This document shows, one piece after another, positions 18,387 to 28,017 of a DNA stretch of 64,000 nucleotides (position 1 is its first letter; the number at the start of each line of letters is the position of its first letter). Source of the DNA: Patescibacteria group bacterium (lineage in GTDB: Bacteria; Patescibacteriota; Patescibacteriia; UBA10025; JAHIVO01); assembly GCA_049325535.1 (NCBI GenBank), contig JBMOKY010000001.1:221002-285001 (forward strand), read 5' to 3'. The position numbers and the translations under genes were made by a program. The notes under the pieces are model-generated. The model saw only the letters and a list, made by a program, of their open reading frames with translations, was not told where the DNA came from and ran no database searches.

Positions 18387-19785
18387 TCCACCGTACAACC
18401 AACAGAAGGGAATCGTGCTGGTCTATGTCTTGCTCATCATTTTTATCATTACCGCGATCTCTATCACCATATCGGTGGTGATCATCAATGAACTGAAATT
18501 GACCAGCACCGCAGCTGATGCGACGCAAGCCTATTATGCCGCCGAGTCCGGTATCGAGCGCGGCCTGTTTACCATCAAACGCATGCGTGCCGATGGGACG
18601 CAAACGCTGCAGGATGCGGTAGCGGCTATTCAAGCGCTGCAGGATTCCCTGACCAATGGTACGACCTATGACGATGCCGACACGAGCGAACAAACCGCGG
18701 TAATCGAAAATCAGGCAATCGCCGAGAATCATTTTGTCCAGGCGGATTATTATGATTTTGAGGATCCGCTCGACCTGGATGCCACACCAAATCAGATCGC
18801 CCAATCACTCGTCATCACCAATACCGGCACAGATCCTGATTCCTGGGCCGAGGTTTCCTGGATTGCCTGGGGTCAGGACGGTACGCTCGGGGAATCGGTG
18901 GCCGCCCGGAAGCTGATCGGTCCGACGGATCTGGCCAATGGCTGGACGATTTCCGATTTGGACGTGTTTGATGAGATCGACCCGAGAGGATACCGCATCC
19001 GCATCAAAGCGCTCTTCGGGGATATCTCCCGCATTTCCGTCATTCCGTATGACAGCCTCGGTGATCGGGTGGAGTTGCCATCGCTGATTGAGGTAAAGTC
19101 AGTAGGCCAACGTTCATCATATAAACAAGCGCTGACGGCAACCGTTCCATGGAAGATTCCGTTGTTTGGGCTGTATGATTATGTACTGTTTAGCGAAGGG
19201 GATTTACTCAAAACTATTATCCTGAGCAATCCGACCTATAGTTCTGGTCCGATCCATGTGGAGGAAGCACTGGCGGAGGGTGCCTCATGTAATTCCTGTG
19301 GCATCTGCCAAACCACTGCCGGATGGCTGGCCCTGTCGTGTCTGTCTCCTGCCGGTGACCGGGCGCAGTGCGGCACGCTGAGTTCAGCAGATGGCTGCTC
19401 TATCAGTCCGATTGCCCCGGCGGAAATCTGGGGGTACCGTCTGCCCATACCATTGAGCGTCCCTGAGGGAGACGAATATTATGTGTCGCTGCGCATGTTC
19501 TATCAGGGTATCTCCAGCGGTCGGGATATCGCCGTGGAAATAAGCGGCCAGTCGTCGGTCATCGACGATCAGGCAGGGGGTCAAAATGGTGCGTGGAAGA
19601 CGTGCACTATTCCCGAATCGTTTCCGGTGGGATCTAGTACGCTTCCGGTGAGCGATCCGTCCCGGGTCATTCAGATCAGCGACCATCCGTATGGCGCCGC
19701 TGCCGGCGGGTGGATTGCAGGTGACAGCGTGTTTGTCGATTGGTATCAACTAAGTACGTTCAAACTATTCCAAGACTGCCAATAA
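18379..19785 (+). CDS. PilX-like / large minor pilin
   Basis: ATGATTAA overlap with the previous gene. MINPPYNQQKGIVLVYVLLIIFIITAI N-terminal hydrophobic segment, as in PilX_N. Large Cys-containing C-terminal domain. Confidence 0.6.
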   Translation: MINPPYNQQKGIVLVYVLLIIFIITAISITISVVIINELKLTSTAADATQAYYAAESGIERGLFTIKRMRADGTQTLQDAVAAIQALQDSLTNGTTYDDADTSEQTAVIENQAIAENHFVQADYYDFEDPLDLDATPNQIAQSLVITNTGTDPDSWAEVSWIAWGQDGTLGESVAARKLIGPTDLANGWTISDLDVFDEIDPRGYRIRIKALFGDISRISVIPYDSLGDRVELPSLIEVKSVGQRSSYKQALTATVPWKIPLFGLYDYVLFSEGDLLKTIILSNPTYSSGPIHVEEALAEGASCNSCGICQTTAGWLALSCLSPAGDRAQCGTLSSADGCSISPIAPAEIWGYRLPIPLSVPEGDEYYVSLRMFYQGISSGRDIAVEISGQSSVIDDQAGGQNGAWKTCTIPESFPVGSSTLPVSDPSRVIQISDHPYGAAAGGWIAGDSVFVDWYQLSTFKLFQDCQ

Positions 19786-19788
19786 TCT

Positions 19789-21816
19789 ATGGACGCAGTA
19801 CGCGCACATGCGCGCATCAATCAGCTGAAACAGGAAATCAACCACCATCGCTATCAGTATCATGTGCTGGATCGGCAGGAGATTTCCGATGCGGCGCTCG
19901 ATTCCCTGAAACATGAATTACAGGAATTGGAAACGAAATTCCCCCAGTTTGTCACGCCCGATTCACCGACCCAGCGTGTCGGTGGCGAGCCGTCAGCTGA
20001 ATTTGCCAAGGTGGATCATGCGCGACCGATGCTGTCGCTCAACGATGTTTTTTCCCTGGATGAAGTGCGCGAGTGGGAAACTCGGATACGTAAATTAGTG
20101 CCTGCCGGGACGCAACTGGATTATTTTGCTGAACTAAAAATGGACGGGCTGGCTATTTCGCTCCTGTATCGAGAGGGTCGATTGGTACGCGCTGCGACCA
20201 GGGGCAACGGGCGAATCGGAGAAGATGTGACACAGAACGTAAAAACCATCGAAGCCATACCGTTGACGTTGGTGATCAATGCCGCGCCGGCGACGGTCCG
20301 TTCCCGCCTGCGCCAGGAAGTAGAAGTGCGCGGCGAGGTGTACATGGCCAAGGATACATTTGACCGGATCAATGCCGCTCAGGACCGTGCAGGCCAACCG
20401 CGCTATGCTAATCCTCGAAACATCGCGGCTGGTTCGGTGCGGCAGCTGGATTCCCGGGTGACCGCCTCGCGCCAATTACGTTTCATGGCATATGATCTGC
20501 CGACCGACTTGGGGCTGGCTACCCACCATGAGGTGCATGCCGTACTCAGTGCCATCGGATTTCGTGCAGGAGATCACAATCGGCGCTGCGCCAGCATCGA
20601 TGAAGTTGAACGATATCATGCTGAGATCGGCAGACTTCGGAAAAAATTTAATTATTGGTCTGACGGGATTGTGGTGACCGTGGATCACCTTGCCACGTTC
20701 ACGGCATTGGGTATAGTCGGCAAAGCCCCCCGCGGTGCCATCGCCTATAAATATCCGGCGGAGCAGGCCACAACCGTCGTTGAAGATATTCAGGTACAAG
20801 TAGGCCGAACGGGCGTACTCACCCCGGTGGCCCATTTACGGCCAGTGGCGGTAGCGGGTACCACGGTGTCGCGCGCCACCCTGCATAATGTCGATGAAAT
20901 CAAGCGGCTTGACGTGCGTATCGGAGATACGGTGGTGGTACAGAAGGCGGGAGATATCATCCCTGATATCGTCCAGGTACTGAGCACTATGCGTACCGGC
21001 ACTGAGCGGGAATTCCGTATGCCAAAACGGTGCCCCGTTTGTGATTCACCGGTGCAGCAGCAGGACGGCGAGGTAGCGTATTATTGTTCTAATCCACGCT
21101 GCTACGCACTGCAGCATGAACAACTGCGGCACTTCGTATCGAAAGCGGCGTTTGACATCGATGGCTTGGGGCCAAAGATTCTGGAACAGCTGGTGGCAGC
21201 TGATTTGGTAAAGTCACCCGCTGACTTATTTGACCTTACCAAAGAAGACGTAGCACCACTGGAGCGATTTGCGGATAAGTCGGCGGAAAATTTGATCCAG
21301 GCAATTAAAGCGGCCAGTAAAAATATCTCGTTACATCGTTACATTTATGCATTAGGAATTCGACATGTCGGTGAGGAGACGGCGCGTGTATTGGCGGACG
21401 AATATAAGTCACTGGGAGAATTAATGAATGCGTCGGAGGCACAGCTGCAAAAACTTCCCGATGTAGGTAATGTAGTCGCAAAAAGTGTTTTTGAGTATTT
21501 CAGGGACCCAATAAATAAGGAGCTGATGAAAAAACTTGAAAAACGAGTTACATGGGTTCATCGCTCTGGGCCAAAAATAATGACCGGCGCTCTTGCTGGT
21601 AAGCGGGTAGTTGTGACGGGCACATTCGATTTTGCTGGAAGAGAGGAGATTAAGGAAAAATTACGTGCGGCTGGGGCCAAGGTCTTGTCCAGTGTATCCA
21701 GTAAAACGGATTATGTTTTTGCGGGTGATGATCCGGGGAGTGAAAAAATCACTAAAGCGAAAGAATTAGGAATCCCCCTTCGTCGAGCAGCAGATCTTTG
21801 GTTATTGATTAGGTAA
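19789..21816 (+). CDS. ligA: NAD-dependent DNA ligase LigA
   Basis: KMDGLAIS adenylation motif. OB, Zn-finger CPVCDS...C, HhH and C-terminal BRCT. Confidence 0.9.
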   Translation: MDAVRAHARINQLKQEINHHRYQYHVLDRQEISDAALDSLKHELQELETKFPQFVTPDSPTQRVGGEPSAEFAKVDHARPMLSLNDVFSLDEVREWETRIRKLVPAGTQLDYFAELKMDGLAISLLYREGRLVRAATRGNGRIGEDVTQNVKTIEAIPLTLVINAAPATVRSRLRQEVEVRGEVYMAKDTFDRINAAQDRAGQPRYANPRNIAAGSVRQLDSRVTASRQLRFMAYDLPTDLGLATHHEVHAVLSAIGFRAGDHNRRCASIDEVERYHAEIGRLRKKFNYWSDGIVVTVDHLATFTALGIVGKAPRGAIAYKYPAEQATTVVEDIQVQVGRTGVLTPVAHLRPVAVAGTTVSRATLHNVDEIKRLDVRIGDTVVVQKAGDIIPDIVQVLSTMRTGTEREFRMPKRCPVCDSPVQQQDGEVAYYCSNPRCYALQHEQLRHFVSKAAFDIDGLGPKILEQLVAADLVKSPADLFDLTKEDVAPLERFADKSAENLIQAIKAASKNISLHRYIYALGIRHVGEETARVLADEYKSLGELMNASEAQLQKLPDVGNVVAKSVFEYFRDPINKELMKKLEKRVTWVHRSGPKIMTGALAGKRVVVTGTFDFAGREEIKEKLRAAGAKVLSSVSSKTDYVFAGDDPGSEKITKAKELGIPLRRAADLWLLIR

Positions 21817-21855
21817 TTGTTTGTTCTGATTTCAGATGATATACTTAGGAACCAT

Positions 21856-22143
21856 ATGCAGCTGACCAAAGATGACATCGATAAATTAGCCGCTCTGGCA
21901 AAGATACGACTCACCGAGGATGAGGAGCGGGTTTTTGGCGAGCAACTTTCATCAATTTTGGACTACGCGCAGCAGGTAGACGACGTGGATACGAGCGGCG
22001 TGGAATTTTCATCAGCTATCGACTATCCGACTGGCCCGCTCCGGACTGATGAGCCGACATCGCCGGCTGGTCAATCAGCCAGTACCAGTCAATTCCCCGA
22101 GTCGACTGGTAATTTGAATAAAGTAAAAACAATTCTTGAGTAA
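21856..22143 (+). CDS. gatC: Glu/Asp-tRNA amidotransferase subunit C
   Basis: MQLTKDDIDKLAALAKIRLTEDEERVFGEQLSSILDYAQQV matches GatC. The track ORF begins earlier at 21817. Confidence 0.8.
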   Translation: MQLTKDDIDKLAALAKIRLTEDEERVFGEQLSSILDYAQQVDDVDTSGVEFSSAIDYPTGPLRTDEPTSPAGQSASTSQFPESTGNLNKVKTILE

Positions 22144-22144
22144 T

Positions 22145-23605
22145 ATGGCCGACCGACCGACTACTATCGTTGCGGCTCATCAGGCGCTCCGGAATAAATC
22201 ATTGTCCGCGCGTGAACTGACGCAGTCCTACCTCGATACCATCGCCCGGCGCGATGGTTCAATCGGCGCATATATTGACGTGTATCGGGAGTCGGCTCTG
22301 GCTGAGGCGGATATAGCTGATCAGCGTTTTGCCGACGGTTCAGCGACTGTACTCACCGGCATCCCGCTGGCACTCAAGGATCTGATCATAGTCGCCGGCC
22401 GCCGCTGTACCGCCGGGTCGAAGATGCTCGAGCACTATTCGGCCACGTACGATGCCACCATCGTGAGCAAGCTCAAAGCGGCCGGAGCGGTACTTCTCGG
22501 TAAGACGAGCTTGGATGAATTTGCCATGGGTTCATCGAATGAAAATACAGAATTTTCCCGAACCCGTAATCCCTGGGACACTACGCGCGTCCCGGGCGGT
22601 TCTTCCGGTGGTTCCGCGGCGGCAGTGGCAGCTGATGAGTGTCTAGCGGCGCTGGGGACGGACACGGGTGGTTCAGTTCGGCAGCCGGCATCATTTTGTG
22701 GTGTGGTTGGACTCAAACCCACCTATGGCCGCATGTCTCGCCATGGGGTCATTGCTATGACATCTTCGCTCGATCAGATCGGCCCACTGACAAAAACCGT
22801 TGCAGATGCTGCGCTGCTATTCAATGCACTTGCCGGTTACGATCCACTGGATGCCACTACCGGCCGTGATGCCGCTCCGGTGTCAATGGATGCATTAGAA
22901 CAGAGCGTCAAAGGGATGGCCATCGGCATACCGAAGGAATTTTTTATCGAGGGCATGGATCCGGAAGTGGAGCGGGGAATTGCCGCAGCGTGCGATACGT
23001 TGAAAGAGCTAGGTGCTACACTGGTCGAGGTCAGCCTGCCGCTCACCAAATATGCCCTGGCCGTCTATCAGCTGACCGTCACTTCCGAAGTGTCCTCAAA
23101 TCTGGCTCGATATGACGGGATGCGCTATGGCCTGTCGGTGCGGGAACCGGGCGCGCGGCTGGATGACGTGTACCGGCAGTCACGGGCGCAGGGATTTGGC
23201 AGCGAAGTAAAGCGTCGGGTCATCCTCGGCACCTTTGCCCTGTCCGCTGGCTACCAGCGGCGACTGTATGTCCAGGCGCAAAAAGTGCGCAGCATGATCA
23301 GTCGTGAATTCAGGGAGGTATTTGCAAAAGTAGACGCGCTGGTTTCTCCGACATCGCCGTCTGTCGCTTTCAAACAGGGAGAGAAACAGTCTGATCCGTT
23401 ACTCATGTATTTATCGGATATTTACACGGTTCCGGCGAATATCGGAGGGATTTGTGCTATTTCCGTGCCCGGGGGTTTTGCTCACGGCTTGCCCATTGGA
23501 TTGCAATTCATGGCGCGGCAGTTTGACGAAGCGACTCTTTTTCGACTTGCCCATCAGTATGAACAGGCGACCACGTGGCACGCACAGTGGCCGAAGCTTG
23601 ATTGA
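22145..23605 (+). CDS. gatA: Glu/Asp-tRNA amidotransferase subunit A (amidase)
   Basis: Amidase signature GGSSGGSAAAVAA and Ser-cisSer-Lys region. Confidence 0.9.
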   Translation: MADRPTTIVAAHQALRNKSLSARELTQSYLDTIARRDGSIGAYIDVYRESALAEADIADQRFADGSATVLTGIPLALKDLIIVAGRRCTAGSKMLEHYSATYDATIVSKLKAAGAVLLGKTSLDEFAMGSSNENTEFSRTRNPWDTTRVPGGSSGGSAAAVAADECLAALGTDTGGSVRQPASFCGVVGLKPTYGRMSRHGVIAMTSSLDQIGPLTKTVADAALLFNALAGYDPLDATTGRDAAPVSMDALEQSVKGMAIGIPKEFFIEGMDPEVERGIAAACDTLKELGATLVEVSLPLTKYALAVYQLTVTSEVSSNLARYDGMRYGLSVREPGARLDDVYRQSRAQGFGSEVKRRVILGTFALSAGYQRRLYVQAQKVRSMISREFREVFAKVDALVSPTSPSVAFKQGEKQSDPLLMYLSDIYTVPANIGGICAISVPGGFAHGLPIGLQFMARQFDEATLFRLAHQYEQATTWHAQWPKLD

Positions 23606-23658
23606 CAGTTTGGCGGAATATTGTATACTGATGGCACAAACTATTTTTTGTTACTCAT

Positions 23659-24057
23659 ATGGCAGCCGACACAACCACTAAAAAAATCATGCTGGTAGAA
23701 GATGATAAGATGCTGGCTGATATGTATGTCACCAAGTTTGAAAAGGAAGGCATGCCTATTTTGCGGGCGCATGATGGCGCGGAGGGTTTGGAAATGATTA
23801 AACGGGAAAAGCCGGATTTGGTGCTGCTCGACATCATCATGCCAAAACTGGATGGGTTTGCGGTTTTGAAAGAGATTAAAAAAAATCCCGAACTGAAAAA
23901 AACCCACGTACTACTCCTGACCAATCTCGGCCAGTCCGAAGATGTGACCAAGGGTCATGAGCTGGGGGCAGATGATTATTTTATAAAAGCCAACCATACT
24001 CCCGCGGAAATCGTAGAAAAGGTGAAGTATATGTTGGCGCAGATGGCTAAACAGTAA
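23659..24057 (+). CDS. Single-domain CheY-like response regulator, paralog of 9160-9543
   Basis: KIMLVEDDKMLADMYVTKF...DLVLLDIIMPKLDGF. By eye about half the residues are identical to the first regulator. Confidence 0.85.
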   Translation: MAADTTTKKIMLVEDDKMLADMYVTKFEKEGMPILRAHDGAEGLEMIKREKPDLVLLDIIMPKLDGFAVLKEIKKNPELKKTHVLLLTNLGQSEDVTKGHELGADDYFIKANHTPAEIVEKVKYMLAQMAKQ

Positions 24058-24068
24058 CATATATTTCT

Positions 24069-24665
24069 ATGGCAACCGATCCTCGCACAGAACGCACGGT
24101 CGTTTTATTGAAACCTGATACCATAAAACGCGGTTTGGTGGGTGAGATTATCACCCGTTTTGAAAAGGCAGGTTTTAAGATAGCCGCTCTGAAGATGGTG
24201 TGGGTCGATGCGGCTTTGGTAGCAAAACATTATCCTGACGAAAAGGAATATTTGACTAAGGTCGGGGAGAAGACGCTAAAAACATATGCGGAATACGGCC
24301 GTGACCCGCGGGAGGAAATTGGCACCAAAGACGCTTATGAAATCGGGAAAATGGTGCGTCAGTGGAATATGGAATTTTTGAGTTCCGGGCCGGTGGTTGC
24401 CTTGTTGCTGCAGGGACTGCATGCGGTGGATGCGGTACGTATGATGGTGGGGCACACGTTGCCGCGTTTTGCGGAACCCGGCACGATCCGGGGTGACTTT
24501 TCGCTTGATTCTCCGATTTTAGCGAATCAGCAGAAGCGAACGATCAAGAACATGATTCACGCCTCGGGTACTGTCGAAGAAGCCAGTTTTGAGACACAGT
24601 TGTGGTTCAGGGAAAATGAAATTCACGAGTACAAACGGGCCGATGAGGATATTATGTTTGAATAA
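24069..24665 (+). CDS. ndk: Nucleoside diphosphate kinase (extended form)
   Basis: TVVLLKPDTIKRGLVGEIITRFEKAGF and active-site His in NMIHASG. At 198 aa it is longer than canonical Ndk. Confidence 0.8.
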   Translation: MATDPRTERTVVLLKPDTIKRGLVGEIITRFEKAGFKIAALKMVWVDAALVAKHYPDEKEYLTKVGEKTLKTYAEYGRDPREEIGTKDAYEIGKMVRQWNMEFLSSGPVVALLLQGLHAVDAVRMMVGHTLPRFAEPGTIRGDFSLDSPILANQQKRTIKNMIHASGTVEEASFETQLWFRENEIHEYKRADEDIMFE

Positions 24666-24804
24666 CACAGGAAAATCCATTTTTATAAAAAGCAATCCCT
24701 GATGCCTTCCGTAAAGATAGTTACATCCTTCATCTAAAATGAATTTGGGATGCTGCATGTATTGACAGCGATGGGAGCTGTGCTAGGATATGGATAATCA
24801 CTAT

Positions 24805-24915
24805 ATGGCAATAGCAAAAATGGCCCAATTGAACGAAAAACGTTACACCATCACTGGTGCGGGTCTTGTTATCGTCATTATTATTCTCATGAGCGGCTTG
24901 TTGGCTAGCCTGTAG
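24805..24915 (+). CDS. 36-aa single-TM peptide (MAIAKMAQLNEKRYTITGAGLVIVIIILMSGLLASL)
   Basis: Not in the ORF track (<60 aa). Possible -35 TTGACA upstream at 24763. A perfect terminator follows. Confidence 0.35.
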   Translation: MAIAKMAQLNEKRYTITGAGLVIVIIILMSGLLASL

Positions 24916-24943
24916 TTTCGGTACATACTACCCCAAACGACAG

Positions 24944-24970
24944 TCGAGCCGACGAGCGGCTCGATTTTTG
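24944..24970 (+). terminator. Rho-independent terminator
   Basis: tcgagccg acga cggctcga, a perfect 8-bp stem, then ttttt. Confidence 0.6.
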
Positions 24971-25028
24971 ATATCGCTGGAAACAAAATAAAAAAACACA
25001 TAGATTTTTTACACTACGGAGGTTGTAT

Positions 25029-25229
25029 ATGGAGAAAACGGTTGCTTTTGAGACTGCCCGCCGGATGCTGGGCAAGACATGTCGTTCGTGCGTGAGACGG
25101 GGCAGCGCCCACCCGGGCACTATCCAGGTCCGGGTGGCTGATCTGGACGGGGAAATGGGCATTACCGAAGAGATCTTCTGTACCCGCTCAAATCCGTGCG
25201 GTTATCGGCGTCATGTGCGCCGTTTCTAG
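25029..25229 (+). CDS. 66-aa four-cysteine small protein (possible zinc ribbon)
   Basis: GGAGG sits 6 nt before ATG 25029. CRSC...C...C pattern. A perfect 10-bp-stem terminator lies downstream. Confidence 0.5.
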   Translation: MEKTVAFETARRMLGKTCRSCVRRGSAHPGTIQVRVADLDGEMGITEEIFCTRSNPCGYRRHVRRF

Positions 25230-25262
25230 TCATAGGGCTTCATCATCGATGGACGTCCTACA

Positions 25263-25295
25263 CTCCCGCTACTGCTCGTAGCGGGAGTTTTTATT
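25263..25295 (+). terminator. Rho-independent terminator
   Basis: ctcccgctac tgctc gtagcgggag then tttttatt. The -35 TTGACA of the next promoter overlaps its T tract. Confidence 0.65.
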
Positions 25296-25414
25296 GACAG
25301 TCATTCTTAATATGCTACACTGCTGATAATCTTTGTTTATGTCCATAGCCGGGATTGATTGATCGGCCAGGAAATAACAGCACCTTCTCACTTTTAGCCA
25401 TGGAGGCATCCCCC

Positions 25415-25678
25415 ATGTCCACGTCGTGCCAGAATTTTTTTATCCCGAGTACCGTAATTGAGAAAATCACATTTCACGAGCTCTGTTGTGCCATTACGAG
25501 CAATTGCGGTACGCAAACGCTCTACGTTCGGCGAGATGAGATTAATAACGGCCGCGTCTCCTTTGTCGCGGCAGAGGATATGGAGAAAGTACAGCGGGCA
25601 ATTCATAGCCCAAATGTCCGACTCGTTCTTTTCCCTGATACGAAGCAGCGTTTCGATCGCTGGTTTGCTCAGTTTTAG
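25415..25678 (+). CDS. 87-aa hypothetical protein (MSTSCQNFF...)
   Basis: GGAGG sits 8 nt upstream of ATG 25415. A + strand terminator lies downstream. An equally long antisense ORF (25394-25681, minus) cannot be excluded. Confidence 0.35.
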   Translation: MSTSCQNFFIPSTVIEKITFHELCCAITSNCGTQTLYVRRDEINNGRVSFVAAEDMEKVQRAIHSPNVRLVLFPDTKQRFDRWFAQF

Positions 25679-25703
25679 CACTCAGATCGCCACTGTTTAC
25701 CGC

Positions 25704-25738
25704 CCGGGCGTTTACCAACTAACGCCCGGTCTTTTTAT
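25704..25738 (+). terminator. Rho-independent terminator
   Basis: ccgggcgtt taccaact aacgcccgg followed by tcttttta. Confidence 0.55.
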
Positions 25739-25861
25739 TTGCCAAAATGATATGAGTGAGTATAATGTGGATACCGTCGGTACGCGTTGACACTCCTCAC
25801 TATTTACTTCACTCGCGTGCGGGAATTCCGGTGCTTCATATTTGTACATCATAAGGTTTGT

Positions 25862-25935
25862 CGGGGATTGGCGCAGTTGGCTAGCGCGCATGCATGGGGT
25901 GCATGAGGCCGCCGGTTCAAGTCCGGCATCCCCGA
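25862..25935 (+). tRNA. tRNA-Pro (anticodon GGG), CCA not encoded
   Basis: Hand-folded cloverleaf. Acceptor CGGGGAT/ATCCCCG, D-arm GCGC-AGTTGGCTA-GCGC, anticodon stem CATGC/GCATG with loop AUGGGGU (G37), T-arm GCCGG-TTCAAGT-CCGGC. Confidence 0.7.
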
Positions 25936-26193
25936 TAAACTTTAGGATGATGTGTACCGGTCTGGTACCCAGATGGAGCGAGTGGCACGGTAAGATGCTA
26001 ACTTTGAGTTTCGTATCTCCGATTCCAGGATGATCAGATCGGTCCATGTCGCCCGGCACATCGTTTTTTAGCCTGGTACCTCGTACATATTCCGGCCGGT
26101 GCTGTATGGTCGTTTTTGTCTCCCCTGAAAGCCGTGATGTATGGTATAGTATAGACCAATCGCCGTTCCAATACCTTAAAATAACAATTATTC

Positions 26194-27192
26194 ATGGGTT
26201 CCATTCTTCCTTTTTTTGCCTTAGTCATATTATTATTTCTGTCCGCCTATACTGCCGCGTCAGAGGCGGCACTTCTGGCCGTGGGGCGAGTCAAAGTACG
26301 ATCATTCGTAAATGAAAAACGATGGGGAGCGATTGCCTTGCAGCGCCTGAAAGCCCGACCGAGAAGGATGATCATCACCACCCTGCTGGGTAATAATGTC
26401 GCTAATACCGGCGCGGCTGCGCTGGCTACCGTCCTAGCGAGCAACTATTTCGGTTCAGTCGGGATTGGGGTCGCCACCGGCGTATTGACGGTTCTGATTT
26501 TAATTTTCGGTGATATCATACCGAAATCCTTTGCCGCTCGGCACGCTGGGTATTTTGCGCTTCGATTGGCACCATCGGTGTATTGGATGGGGTATATCTT
26601 ATTCCCGTTTATCCGTTTTTTTGAATGGGTGACCAGTTTTGTCGACCGCCTGGTACTTGAGTCGCAGCACGACCGGATGACCGTCGCGGATATCCAATCC
26701 ATGGTACAGTTTGGCGTGGAAGAAAAGGTCGTACATCCGCATGAACAATTTATCATCAATCGTGCATTGACGTTTACCGATGGCACGGTCCGCGATGTCA
26801 TGATTCCCCTGGAAAAGGCATTTGTGCTGCCCAGTGATACAGAGTTGGAGGCCGGCTTCCGACAGATTATTGCCACGGGGTATTCGCGAGTCCCGATTTA
26901 TACCGGCGATCGACATCATATCGTCGGATTGGTACTGGTCAAGGATGTCGCACGAGAAATGGCTGAAGACTGGCCGCATGAGCGCTTAATCGAAATCGCC
27001 CGACCCCCGATCATGGTACTGGAGCATATGCAGATTGATTATCTGTTCCGGATTTTTCAGAAACAGCATATGCACATGGCTATTGTCTACAATCGCGAGC
27101 AGCGCGCCGTGGGTATCGTGACGCTCGAGGATTTGATCGAGGAGCTAGTCGGGGAAATCAATGACGAAAGCGATGAACAAACGTCTCATTAG
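26194..27192 (+). CDS. CNNM/CorC/HlyC-family membrane protein (DUF21 + CBS pair)
   Basis: Four N-terminal TM helices followed by tandem CBS-like domains. The C-terminal CorC_HlyC domain appears absent or short. Confidence 0.75.
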   Translation: MGSILPFFALVILLFLSAYTAASEAALLAVGRVKVRSFVNEKRWGAIALQRLKARPRRMIITTLLGNNVANTGAAALATVLASNYFGSVGIGVATGVLTVLILIFGDIIPKSFAARHAGYFALRLAPSVYWMGYILFPFIRFFEWVTSFVDRLVLESQHDRMTVADIQSMVQFGVEEKVVHPHEQFIINRALTFTDGTVRDVMIPLEKAFVLPSDTELEAGFRQIIATGYSRVPIYTGDRHHIVGLVLVKDVAREMAEDWPHERLIEIARPPIMVLEHMQIDYLFRIFQKQHMHMAIVYNREQRAVGIVTLEDLIEELVGEINDESDEQTSH

Positions 27193-27195
27193 CCA

Positions 27196-28017
27196 TTGCC
27201 ACGTATGGACTTTATTCCCTTAAGTGCATTATTCCTTGGGGCTGGTGCGCTGGCCATCGGCTACTACCGATGGGTACCGTCGGCAGAGGCATTACGCAGC
27301 CGTTTACCGAATCGCGCTACTCCGAGTAGTATCGTGCTGACCCTGGTCATGGGTGGGGCGGCATGGTATATCCTCTCTACTTTTTCTGGTTTTTCTGCGG
27401 TGAGCCGGATGCTGATGCTCATTTTCGCGCTGTTGTTTTTTGAATCGCTATTTTTGATTGGTTTGCGCTGGGTGCGCGTTAATTTTATCGCCCTGATACT
27501 GGCGCTTGCCGTGACTGCCGTGCTGTTCTGGGCGCAACTACAATATCCCACGTTCTTCGGGATTAACACGATTATTATCATGGCTACTATGGGCGCAGCG
27601 ACCCTACTGATCCGGCTCGGGTATCTCCGTACACCGATTTTATTCATCGTGGCCAGCCTGTGGACCGTCTATGATATCATGCTGGTTGAATTTGTATTGC
27701 CCGCGGTGACCCGGCCATCGACCAATCCCGTGCCGTCATTCCTGTATCCCGCCGTCACCGTCGGCCAGCTGAGTTTAGGGAGCGGTGATTTTATGTTTTT
27801 GACGTTGTTTGCCTTGATTGTTATGCGTGATTTTGGCGCACTGGCGGCAAGCATTTTAGTTGCCGCAGAAGTGGTCGGACTATTGATGACTGGACTGCTT
27901 TTGCCAGAGCAAGGATTTCTTGTGCCATTCCTGGTGGTTATGACGCCTATTTTCTTTCTGGTATACTTATTAGTGTATCTTGTCCGCCGCACATCATCGG
28001 AAACGAAGTCTGTATGA
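27196..28017 (+). CDS. Polytopic membrane protein with YD + GxGD motifs (presenilin/SPP/prepilin-peptidase-like intramembrane aspartyl protease candidate)
   Basis: About nine hydrophobic helices. WTVYDIML in helix 6, LSLGSGDFMF in helix 7, LVPFL (PAL-like) in the last helix. Confidence 0.5.
   Translation: MPRMDFIPLSALFLGAGALAIGYYRWVPSAEALRSRLPNRATPSSIVLTLVMGGAAWYILSTFSGFSAVSRMLMLIFALLFFESLFLIGLRWVRVNFIALILALAVTAVLFWAQLQYPTFFGINTIIIMATMGAATLLIRLGYLRTPILFIVASLWTVYDIMLVEFVLPAVTRPSTNPVPSFLYPAVTVGQLSLGSGDFMFLTLFALIVMRDFGALAASILVAAEVVGLLMTGLLLPEQGFLVPFLVVMTPIFFLVYLLVYLVRRTSSETKSV

Noticed and set aside
25394-25681. 95-aa minus-strand ORF antisense to the 25415-25678 + ORF
   Set aside because: Not fully excluded. 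The + strand is favoured because a GGAGG SD sits 8 nt before its ATG and the only terminator in the region is oriented for + strand transcription.
25712-26059. 115-aa minus-strand ORF
   Set aside because: It overlaps the tRNA-Pro gene at 25862-25935 on the opposite strand.
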